Source: Octopus vulgaris (taxonomy: Eukaryota). Taken from it: 64,000 nucleotides of DNA. The stretch lies in contig OX597816.1 of the NCBI GenBank assembly GCA_951406725.2, forward strand, positions 134,478,001 through 134,542,000, in the 5' to 3' direction. Shown here in pieces: positions 26,228 to 37,623 of this stretch. The position numbers were made by a program, and so were the translations under genes. Positions within the stretch are counted from its first letter, which is position 1, and every line of letters starts with the position of its first letter. The notes beneath the pieces were generated by a model that was given only the letters and a program-made list of their open reading frames with translations, was not told the origin of the DNA and searched no databases.

Positions 26228-27530
26228 CTGCAAAAGAAAGGTAATGATGATAAAGCTGGTCACTGGTGACACTTGTAATTTTTCTTTGTAAAGATAAATA
26301 TTGGGTCAACCAAAGCCTTGTGAGTGGATTTGGTAGATGGAAACTGAAAGAAGCCTGTCATATATATATGTATATATCTATGTGTGTGTCTTTGTGTTCA
26401 TCCCCAACCACCACTTAACAATCGGTGTTGGTGTGTTTACATCCCCATAACTTAGCAGTTTTCAAAAGCAGCCGATAGAATAAGTACTAGGCTTAAAGAA
26501 AAATAAATCCTGGGTTGATTTGTTCAAATAAAATCCTTCAATACTATTCTCCCACTCAGTAGTGGTGTGTTGTCTTTTGAGTTAATTGATGATTTCACTA
26601 GTACCAGTGTCATGAATTAAAAAGCATCCACATCCAATACACTCTGTAAAGTGGTCTGCATTAGGAAAGGCATCCAACTATAGAAGCAGACAATGGAGCT
26701 CATTGCATTCACCAAACCCATGCAAGCATGGAAGACGACCATTACATAACGATGATGAGTCATCAAAATTATATTTTCAATAAAGGTTAGTTTATATTCT
26801 TTTACTAGTTTCAGTCATCGGCCTGAGCCATTTTAGGACAACAATTTCAAGATTTATAGTCAATCACTAACCCTAGTAGTAATTTTGTTTGGTACTTATT
26901 TTATAAACCTGTATTTAAAAATTGGTAACTTATCATATTTTGTGTAAAGGGATGCAATTTGACACAATATTTTACATAAACATAGATTCACATGTGATTT
27001 TTATAAGACTGCAATGAGTTTCCACAGTTTCTGTCTATCAAATTCCACACATAAGGTATATGTATACTATACATATATATACATATATATATACACACAC
27101 TATTTTATCATCACTGTTTAACATCCACTTTTCCATGATGGCATGAGTCAGATGGAATTTGTTGAGACAGATTTTCTACAGCTGAATGCCCTTCCTGTTG
27201 CAAACCCACCTGTTTCCAACAAAGAGATATTTTCACATGGCTAGACATGCTTTTCCTGGAAAACAGGAAATGAACAACCTCACTTATACAACAGTGATGT
27301 TCATTTACAATCATTATCAAATGTCAAGACAAGGGTACACACAAACATATACATAATATAAAACAGGCTTCTTTCAGTTTCCACCAACTAAATCCACTAA
27401 CATGGCTTTAGTTGGCTAGGGACTATATTAGAAGACTAAGCTCAAGGTGCTTCACTGGAACTGAACCGAAGACCACATGGTTGGGAAGTAATCCTCTTCA
27501 CCACACAAACCACAGTGTGGTTATATATAT

Positions 27531-28603
27531 TGTTGTGAGTTCAACTTAGGGACAGTTGATTGCGACCTACTTTTGGGATAAACAGATTGTTCTGTCGGAT
27601 TCACGAAGGAGTAATGAGCTTTTAGGGGACCTTTGGCCTTGTGCCGGTCAACGAAAGTTCGTTGTAAACACCCCTTAAAAAGGAGGAACTTTGAGCTGTA
27701 AAGACAGTCGGCCGGAAACTCTGCGAGAGGCAAGTCAGTCGAGGACAGAGCAAGTTGTTTCTGCTGTGAGAGATGAAGAGGCAGTTGGCAGTTGGGATTT
27801 AGCAGTGGCTGTTCTGCTGTGACAGTGTACTGAAAGAGGAAGACAGTCATGAGAGTATGACAGTAGAGTGAGAGGATGAGGGGTTGAGGAAGACATACAA
27901 TAGAATTAAGCAGCTAATAGAGATGGACTACGGTGTGAGGCATTGGCTGTTGTACGGTATGTGTTTAATTATGTTTTGATATGTGAAGAAAAAGAAGGAA
28001 AGAGTTGTGGTATTTATGTTCAGAATTGTTGTGGAAAAGAAAGAACAGTGCTAAAAGGCTGGAAAAGAAATGTATAAAGACATTATGTTAAAGAATCGAA
28101 CATTGTGAATTGTGTTGATATGTGAATTATGTAAAAAGAATTGTATTGATACGTGTTACAAAAAAAGGAGAAAGAAGTGCTAAAGAGAAAAAGAAAGACT
28201 CTGATATAGTCTTTAAAGACTGAAAAGAACTCTGAACTGTATCGTTAATGTGTACGTTAATTGTAACGTGAATTATTTGTGACATGAACATTGTATACCT
28301 GTTTCTTGCATGTGTTTTCTTTAAATGCTGTTGTTATATTGCATCTGCATGCTGTTGATTCTGTTGCTTGTATTTACCTGATGTATCACATTGTATTTGT
28401 TGTAATAGTCATGTAAACTAGTAGGTTAAATGTAAGCCGATTGCCTCTGTGTCTCTTCCTGCTGCTGTTGTTGTTGTTATCTCTCTCCTCTCTGAGTTCC
28501 GTGGCGAACTTTCTCGATCGATCGAGCCTGGTCAATCGTCGTCGCTCGACTTGTTGGGATCCCAGGTTCGAGTTCGAGCGATGGCAGGTGGGATTCCGTA
28601 ACA
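27531..28603. mobile_element. Probable solo LTR (~1.07 kb) in COPS6 intron 7
   Basis: Begins TGTT and ends AACA, with ATAT on both sides (4-bp TSD, inside a TA run). CpG-rich and compositionally distinct from the flanks; no ORF. Confidence 0.6.
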
Positions 28604-28754
28604 ATATATATATTAGTGTAAATCACTTAAAGTGCTGTTCAGTAAGATCAAACCTAGAACCAAAAGGTTCTTAAAATTATTTGGCTATTCCTACAGATAA
28701 GTCAAAGTATTAGAAACAGAATTAGCAACTTGCTTAAAAAACAAAAACAGTTAC

Positions 28755-28847
28755 CTGCTTGAACAGCTTTAATGTACTGTAGTAATAGCTTCACTCGGCT
28801 GTCTAGCATTTTAATAGAACTGTGTTGAGCAATCAGATGTTCTGCTA
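28755..28847 (-). CDS. COPS6: COPS6 exon 7
   Basis: [31 protein letters not shown]; phase 1-1; tandem TAGTAGCAG acceptor. Confidence 0.95.
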
Positions 28848-30350
28848 CTAAAAAAAATATTAGAATATGGGAAGTATAACTGAATTTAAGATAATGGTCA
28901 ATTAAATTTAAAACAAAAACAGAGTGTCTACAGACTCTTTAGTCAGAATGCTGTTATTTGTGACTGTGTTTCTTGTATTTTGAAGCTAATTAAGTATAGA
29001 TCATAAAATGGTCCAGACAATAGAGTACTGGACTAAATGCATAAAAAGTATCAAGTTCAATCCCTTGCTGTTTCTGAGTTCAAATCCTATTAGGTTGTTG
29101 TGGCTAACATACTTGGGTCAATATTAAATAGTAAATACCTCTCCAATGAAATAAAGACCCCATGCCTGGTCAAGAGAAACCAATATTGCAATTTATTACA
29201 CACACATAAGTAACAAGACTTATGTTTAATAGAGAAATTGTAGTTCACCCTTTAGCATTCAGATTACTTGGTCAAACGCAATGTTTATTTATTCACATTG
29301 TTTTGAATTAATCATGCATTTTCTCATAGATTCAAGATTTTGATAATGTGATTGTTTATTTTTTTAGAATGATATTGTTGGGTAGGAGTCAAAGGCTAAT
29401 CTGACCAGTCTACATGTAAAATAAGTATAATATTTGGACTAGATATGACCAGTTTAACTCCCAAACTACACAAGTATTGATTTCTAAGCTTGACCAAAGC
29501 ACACAACTCTACTTTCCATTTAGCTAGAGTGTGTTCCTCATGCTCATTTTATGGTTGCATCTTTGAGAAAATCAATCTTGGCAATTTAGTACCTAATCCA
29601 AGTTCATGTAAAAAGTTCCAATTTAAAACTCTATTCAACTAATGTTAAAGCAGAAAATAGAAATCTTTGTAGGTGGATATTTGATTATTAATATAAGGTG
29701 ATTAACACAAATGTTCCAAACAATGTGTGTATAGTAAATTCGGTTAGAACAAAGCTCTTTGCAAAAAAGGGAAAAGAGAACTGATTTGATACTAATATAT
29801 TTGCTTAGTCATTCCTCCACCAATCTTTAGAGACACATGGAATGATGTCTGTTGTCTCAATGGGTTGTACAGCACAATATTCACAAAAGACTAAATCTAG
29901 TACTGCCAGCTAAAGGAATACTTGTCAATTTTACAATGCTACATCTTGTAGCAGTGAACTATAACTTCTCGGGATCTTGTAATACCCACTCAAAAAACCA
30001 ACTAAAGTTTTTTCCCCAACTCCACTGTTTATATAAGATTTAGATATATATTAATCTGTGTAAGAATTAAGTGAAGTGCAATGCACAACAAATTGTTGAG
30101 AAATATATATGCTGTGCACTTAATTATAAAGTAACAGAAAATAGAAAAACTGCAAAAACTTATGGAATAAAATTTAAGGAAAATAAGATAGTTAAGATTC
30201 AGTTGTATAACACCTGTATTTGAACAATAAAATTTGTGAAAAATGAAGGAAAAGTAACACTTGTGTAATAATGGTTTATATTTTTATCTGATATAAGAAA
30301 GAAAAACAAATAAAAAAGCTTTTAAGAAATTTTGGAATTTTACAACTTAC

Positions 30351-30465
30351 CTGATGAACTTTCTCCTGAATCTGAAGTAGAAACCCTTGCTACATGGTCA
30401 ACACCAATTCTCTCAGCTTCTTCAGTGGCAAGAGTGTACTCAAGGGATACAAACAGTAAAGTGGA
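30351..30465 (-). CDS. COPS6: COPS6 exon 6
   Basis: [38 protein letters not shown], containing the hallmark [17 protein letters not shown]; phase 0-1. Confidence 0.97.
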
Positions 30466-31436
30466 CTAAAATGAACACAGAAAAGAGCAAGTTGAAAAAT
30501 CTACACAGATATTAAAATGATACATTTCATGTGTCTAGTTATAAAACATTTGAAGGATGAAGACTGCAGCAAAAAAAGATATCACTAAACATGTTGTTTC
30601 ATTAAAACAACATTTTCAGGAAAAAAAACAAAAAAACAACTGCTGCTTGTCAAAAAGAGATACAAGAGAGTTTTCTAGTGAAGGACTGTTTTTAAGATAA
30701 TCTGAAACATAAACACCGAAGTGTTATAAAATGTCCTCTTTCCGAGATAGTAACATGTTTGTTTGTACAGTGGGTAGAGGAGTATGAGCACTATTCAACA
30801 ATATTACTGAAGAATCACAAATGGATGAGTTGTAACATGTTGGAGGACCAGTGATCTGTATCTTGTGGCCAACACTGCACTTTATCCCTAGCAAACATAT
30901 CTAACTTTTACTGACTTCCTCTACCTACCTTATAAATGGATACAATGTATCTGTCAGAATACTACTTAAGCCCTGTCTAACTAAAAACTAACTATTCTGT
31001 GGTGCTGACCTATTGGATAAGAGAGAAGTCTCGTCCCTAATAATATTGGTTGCAAATTTTGGCACAAGACCAGCAATTTCAGGGAGGGAATAAGTCGATT
31101 ACATCAACCCCAGTGTCCAACTGGTACCTATTTAATTGACCCCCAAAGGGATGAAAGGTAAAGTCGACCTCGGTGGAATTTGAACTCAGAATGTAAAGAC
31201 AGACAGAATGTTAAGCATGCATTTTGCCCAGCATGCTAATAATTCTGCCAGCTCACCACTTCTTCATCACTATTAATATTACCACTATGCTATGACACCT
31301 CTCATCAAAATAGAATGAGAGCTAAGGAGCCTTGACAAAAAAAGAAAACACTAAAGTAACTTTAGAAAGTCATCCAACACAAATCACTACAAAAAGATAA
31401 AGTGCCAAAATTAACTAGAATTTAATAAACTAATCT

Positions 31437-31838
31437 GTTACCAGCCTCGCCTGGCCGCCGTGCCGGTGGCACGTAAAAAGCACCATCAGATCGTGGCCGT
31501 TGTCAGCCTCGCCTGGCTCCCGTGCCAGTGGCATGTAAAAAGCACCATCCGATTGTGGCCGTTGCCAGCCTCGCCTGGCTCCCGTGCCAGTGGCACGTAA
31601 AAAGCACCATCCGTCCGTGGCCGTTTGCCAGCTCCGTCTGGCACCTGTGCGGGCGGCACGTAAAAAGCACCCACTACACTCATGGAGTGGTTGGCGTTAG
31701 GAAGGGCATCCAGCTGTAGAAACACTGCCATATCAGACTGGGCCTGATGCAGCCTTCTGGCTTCACAGACCCCAGTTGAACCGTCCAACCCATGCTAGCA
31801 TGGAAAGTGGACGCTAAATGATGATGATGATGATGATG
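31437..31838 (+). mobile_element. RTE LINE 3' UTR fragment with ~60-bp tandem repeats and (GAT)n tail
   Basis: Homologous to 5410-5840. Confidence 0.85.
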
Positions 31839-31886
31839 AATCCATCACAACAGAGGATGCCTTTGTAGAAAAGTAATTTAGTTATA

Positions 31887-32775
31887 TGAGGGGGTACCCA
31901 AAAATAACTGAAAATGTTCTTTGTGAGACGAGTCCATTGTAGTTTGGGCTTCCACCACTAGAAACCACTTGATGCCACTCTCGGGCATCAGTCTGTCGAC
32001 TGGTGGAATCCAGTCGGATCATACTGCCACATGGTGCGTCTTTGTCTTGCAGTGCTTCTGTTTGTCGATTTTTGTGATGACTGAAACAAAGGAACAGCAT
32101 GCTTCCATGAAATTCTATTCTCTGCAGGGAAAAACCGTGGCCAAAAGTTGTAATGCTTCAAATAGCTTACATGGATACTTCCAAGTGCAAAACAAGTTTA
32201 CAAGTGGTTTTCACATTTTAGGAATGGTCACTTGAAGACCAACCTCATTCAGGGCGTCTGTCAGCTTCCAAATGAATGAAAACGTCATGAAAATTCATGA
32301 ACTGATCTTGGAGGACCATCACTTAACAACTGACAAACTTGTTGATATGACTGGTGTGTCCTAGACCTCCTGCCAACGAATTTTGAGCGAGGAATTACGA
32401 ATGAAAAGAGTTACTGCAAAATTTGTGCCTCGCTTGCTCACGGAAGATCAAAAGCAGTCCTTACTGAATGTGTGTCATAAACTCAAAGAACAGTTTGAAA
32501 TTGATCTGGACCCTTTTATGAAGGTCATCACAGGTGATGAGAGCTGGTACTACAGAATTTGAAGACGTGGAAGAGGTGAAGAAAAAAACAACAGAGGCAT
32601 TAAAAGACATAACTTTGCAAGAGTTCCAGCACTGCTTCGAACAGTGGAAAATGTGTCTGGACCTATGTGTTGCTTCAAATGGAGAATACTTTGAAGGCAA
32701 TAAAAGTGTAAACATGTAAAACTAAGTGAACAAAATAACACTGCAAAATTTTGGTTTCTTTTGGGTACTCCCTCA
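31887..32775 (+). mobile_element. Internally deleted mariner element
   Basis: TA|tgagggggtacccaaaa ... ttttgggtactccctca|TA. Transposase remnants KFVPRLLTEDQKQ and ITGDESWYY are fused directly to C-terminal FEQWKMCLDLCVASNGEYFEG. Confidence 0.9.
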
Positions 32776-33292
32776 TATATACTTTTGCCTCACCTATAGA
32801 ATTGATATCAAGCAGTTAATGGCCTCAATATTTATTCGAATGATATGGTGACAAGCTAGCAGAATTGTTAGCACACTAGGAAAAATGTTTAGTGGTATTT
32901 TGTCTGTCTATTATGTTCTGAATACAAATGCTGCCAAGGTCAACTTAGCCTTTCATCCTTTCAGTGGTCATTAAAATAAGTACTAGTTGAGCACTGGGGT
33001 CAATTTAATTGACTTACTCCTTCCTCAAAATTGCTGGCCTTGTGCCAAAATTTGAAACCAATATATGTGATATATAAAAATAATTCATTTGTATGGGTCT
33101 ATATGGTACAACAGTGAAGTTAAAGTAAATGAAACACTAGCTATTTAAAGAGTTAATAGCAGTAATAATTTATGAAAGATACTGAAACATTTTAAATAAC
33201 TTTTATAAGAAACATACTACACTATACTAGACATCTTGGATATTAATTTTAAAAGTATGGGAGTCAAAAGCAAGAAGGAATAGCATACATAC

Positions 33293-33331
33293 CTGACCGT
33301 TTATAAGGGATTCATATAAAGTAACAGGTAA
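33293..33331 (-). CDS. COPS6: COPS6 exon 5 (39 nt)
   Basis: LPVTLYESLINGQ; ttccacAG / GTATGT; phase 0-0. Confidence 0.92.
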
Positions 33332-33434
33332 CTGTGGAAAAAAAAATACATATATATTTTCAAAATATTCTGTTAATTACAAAAAAGATGAAAATAGGTA
33401 AATAGAAATTTATTGAAGCTTGAGAAATACATAC

Positions 33435-33497
33435 ATCAGTGTGTCCTGCTAAGGGATTCAGCTTGAGAAATATTGGACTTTCATTAATACGACACAT
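33435..33497 (-). CDS. COPS6: COPS6 exon 4
   Basis: MCRINESPIFLKLNPLAGHTD; AG/GT; phase 0-0. Confidence 0.95.
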
Positions 33498-34999
33498 CTG
33501 TAAATGACCAAACAATATTATTAATATTCAAAATTCAAATATACAACTAATATTTAAAAATAACTTTTATTTCTTTAACTCTTCAGCTTTCAGATTACTC
33601 TATCAAATGTAATTCTTATTTATTGATATCATTTTGAATTAATCATGCAGTATCTCATAGCTTCAAGATTTTGATGATGATTGTTTACTTTTTACAGTGA
33701 CATTGTAGGGTAGGTGTGAGAGGCCAGATCTAGTTGGTATGAACATATTAACCAAGTAGAATATTTTGGTCTAATATGGCTGGTTTAAATGTGGAAGGGT
33801 TAATGACCCCAAGGGTCATAGAATGTACTGTAAAGCAATATGCAGTAGATTACAGTGAAAAGAAACAAATTCTATTCCAGTTTACATTTTATCATCATTT
33901 AATATATACATTTCCATGCTTGTATGAGTCAGATGGAATTTGTTAAAAAAGATTGTCTATGGCTAATTGACTTTACCATCATCTGTTTCTAAAGCAAGGT
34001 AATATTTTTCCCATGTTTAGACATGGGCAACTAAAAATAAATGACACCATTTGTATGATGGTGACACTCTTTAACAACGCTAACAAGACACACACATAGC
34101 TCAGCTTCTATCTAAGTCCATTCACAAGGCTCTGACTGGATTGGCACTATAATAGAAGACACTTTCTCAAAGTGCCTTGCAATGGGATTGAACCCAAAAC
34201 CAAGTGGTTGGGAAACAAACTTTTTAACCACACAACCACGCCTGCATCTTGATTTTTAAATGGATAAGCAATGAAATGAAACAATTTTGAAACATGCTTG
34301 TTTTAATAGGTGATAGTTGTTTATATAATTGGATGGAAATGCAGCGAGCTATATTTCTGTTAAACAGCCAATTAAAAAAACCTTACCTACTTTAAAACTG
34401 TAACTATAAGAAACAAGGCAGCCTACATTTTTAATGTTCTTAGTAGTTGTGATAAACTTTTAATTTCTTAATAATGTTTTCTTTTAAGTACAATTGTGTT
34501 TTTCAGCTTAATTATGATATCTATTCATATTCCAGGCTCTATGAAATTTCAAAATTATGTGAACAAATTACATTTTCAAATGAACTGAAACTATTCTGAA
34601 AACTGTCGCAGGAAATGAAAAAAATGAATTCTAAGCCAAACTGAAATTATGTAATTAGATAACTCTCTTGTTAACCCATTATCATTTAGACTACTCTGTT
34701 AAATGTAATGCATATTTATTCACATTGTTTTGAAATGACTGTGCATTATCTTGTAGCTTCAAGATTTTGATTATGTGATCCTTGATTTTTAGAAACACAT
34801 TGTAAGATAGGTGTGAAAGGCTGGATCTGGCCAGTTCAAACATACAATAAGTGGAATATCTAGGCTGGATATGGCCAGTTTAAATACTAAAGGGTTATGA
34901 TGTGCAATATGTTACATGGTTTACAAGCAAAAGAATTTAGATAAAAACTATTCGAAGCTGAATAGGTGAAGCAACAATGAAAGGCAATGTAGGTCTTAC

Positions 35000-35088
35000 C
35001 TGTCTGTGTACTTTAATGTCACTAAGAGTTGGAGGACCTCCTGTTGTGTACCAACCAAGGAAATCCATATCACTAAATACTTGTTTGA
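35000..35088 (-). CDS. COPS6: COPS6 exon 3
   Basis: [36 protein letters not shown] replaces the JAMM GWYHSHP, as expected for a catalytically inactive MPN- subunit; phase 1-0. Confidence 0.97.
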
Positions 35089-35496
35089 CTGGAAAGAAAT
35101 AAACAAAAATAATGCTTAATCAGTTGTTTAAAGTGACAAATGAAGTCAAAGAAAATTAAATAATAAACAGCAAGAAAAGTTGATTGAAAAAGAAACTGCA
35201 ACAATGCAAGTTAGAACAGAGTAAAAACAAAAACAATGGCTAACAAAGTTTATTATATTTAACATTTCTGCCATTCAAAGCTCTAATCATCAATGGAAGA
35301 GAATGATACATCATTCTGACATGAAAAGATGGATGGATGGAACAGAATAGCAACATGTACAGTTTGATAGTGTTAATACTAACAGATTAGCATCACCATA
35401 ATTCTAGTATGTTGTTGAGAGTGGTTTTTAATTGTTTAATAAAAATAAGATAAAATCCAGAGAAAATGCAGTGTAAGTCAACATCAGCAACAAGTA

Positions 35497-35657
35497 CCAT
35501 ATTTTAACATGTATAAGGAACCCATTTTTGCCAAAAATTAGATTTAAAAATATAGGAGTTTCTTATACATGGATAGTATTATAATCCCTTACAAAATCTT
35601 TTTTCCAAATTTTAAGCCCCAAAAATTAGGGGATTCCTTATACATGTTAAAATACGG
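35497..35657. mobile_element. pogo/Tc2-type MITE (161 bp)
   Basis: TA|ccatattttaacatgtataagg ... ccttatacatgttaaaatacgg|TA, a 22-bp near-perfect TIR. Confidence 0.8.
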
Positions 35658-35892
35658 TAATTCATGAGGAAGTGTAATAGTTAAAATACAGTTGCCACAA
35701 GGAATGGAAAAATTCTGTCAATTCAAGTTCAGGCCCTTTATTGAGAAAGGGAAGAAATATAGTCATGTTTGATCTCTGCCAAAACTATAAATATTTCAGG
35801 CAATTGCTGAGAGGCTCTTGTGTTGTTTCATTTTGTTGAAACTGGTGTTGACCATATTTTTGGTGAGAATTTGTCCAATTTCAAACAATAGG

Positions 35893-36365
35893 TGTAGGCA
35901 TGGTTGTGTGGTAAGGAATCTGCTTCCCAACCACATGGTTTTGGGTTCGATCACACTGCAAGACATCTTGGGTGTCTTCTACTATAGTCCTGGGCTGATA
36001 AAAACTTTGAGTGGATTTGGTAGACAGAAACTGAAAGAAGCCTGTCATGTGTAGAAATATATATATATATACACACACACTTATATACATACATGTGTAT
36101 GTATATGTCTGCCCATCCTTTGAAAACCAGTATTGGTATGTTTGTGTCCCTATCTCTTTAACTTGGTGATTCAGTAAAAGTGATTGTTAGAATAAGTACC
36201 AGACTTAAAAAAGAATAAGTACGGGGATTAATTTGTTTCAGTAAAGTCCTTCAAAGCAGTGTGCCCCAACCTGGCCACAAGTATGGGGATTAATTTGTTT
36301 CAGTAAAGTCCTTCAAAGCAGTGTGCCCCAACCTGGCCACAGTCCAATGACTGAAATAAGTAAAA
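35893..36365 (+). mobile_element. tRNA-derived SINE family B with internal microsatellite and a ~62-bp tandem duplication in its tail
   Basis: Head tggttgtgtggtaag..gggttcgatcac; internal TA/CA tract; duplicated aagta.ggggattaatttgtttcagtaaagtccttc..ggccaca at about 36217 and 36279. Confidence 0.75.
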
Positions 36366-36813
36366 GAAAAAAAAAATAATGCAGCATTGCAGTAATAATA
36401 ATGTCAGTTGCTATACCTTATGGTACAACCATTTTCATTGGCTGGGATAATGTTCTGACATAGCACTCGATGTAAGATGTCTGAACATTTAATGCTTGGT
36501 TCATGTTCTTATGGCCAGTACATTCTGTTCTATATTTTAGTGATAAAGAATTATTTACATTGGACAGACATGTGTCTTCATCTTGTTTGTTGTAAATCAG
36601 CTGAAACATTGTGGAAACAACAAACAAGATGAGGACATGTATCTGTCTAATGTAAATAACATCCAGTACATTCTGTAAGTGGTTTGGCATTAGGAAGGAC
36701 ATCCAGCTGTCCTTCCTAATGCTGAAATAGACTATGGAGCCTGGTACAGCCCTGACCATGCCAGTTCCTGTCAAGCTGTCCAACCCATGACAGCAGACAA
36801 AACAGACATTAAA

Positions 36814-37005
36814 TGTTTCAGTCATTTTGAATGCAGCCATGCTGAAGCACCGTCAAGCAAATCAACCCCAGGACTTATTCTTCATAAGCCTAGTACTTAT
36901 TCTATCTGTCTCTTTTGCCGAACTGCTAAGTTACAGGGACGTAAACACACCAGCATTGGTTGTCAAGCTATATTGGAGGTGGGGACAAATACAGACACAC
37001 AAACA

Positions 37006-37056
<51 letters not shown>

Positions 37057-37218
37057 GATGGGCTTCTTTCAGTTTCCATTTACTAAATCCACTCACAAGG
37101 CTTTGGTTGGCCTGAGACTATAGTAGCAGACACTTACCCAAGGTACCACGCAGTGGGACTGAACCCGAAACCATGTGGTTGGTAAGTAAGCTACTTATCA
37201 CACAGCCACTCCTGCGCC
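36814..37218 (-). mobile_element. tRNA-derived SINE family B, near full length
   Basis: Minus-strand head ggcgcaggagtggctgtgtg..gggttcagtccc (A/B boxes), internal (TA)n at 37009-37052, tail ..atgactgaaac. Confidence 0.8.
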
Positions 37219-37494
37219 TATAGTACAGGTAGCTAAGTTATCTAAAATTTAACAGATGAACTGAAGATAGAATGCATATAAAGGCAGAGGGAAAAATATT
37301 TCATTGACAAGATTTTAAACTTGCATTATGCCAACTGTCCAACCCATGCCAGCATGGAAAGTGGACGTTAAATGATGATGATGACAGAATAAAAAATTTC
37401 ATCATAAACAAATTAAAATAAAGAAATTAAGTGATTAGCAAGTATTTCAGGAAAATGTAAAGAAAAACCTTTTCTTCATAGAAACAACACTTAC

Positions 37495-37623
37495 ATTGTT
37501 CTTCTTTGGTCTTGTAATATTCCATATTGATGACTATATCATTAACTTTATCATATGCCAATTCAAAAGAATTCATGACTTCAAGATTCCTATCTTTCTG
37601 TTGACCAATCAGAGCTCCTAGCA
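37495..37623 (-). CDS. COPS6: COPS6 exon 2
   Basis: [43 protein letters not shown] (MPN domain); phase 1-1. Confidence 0.97.
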
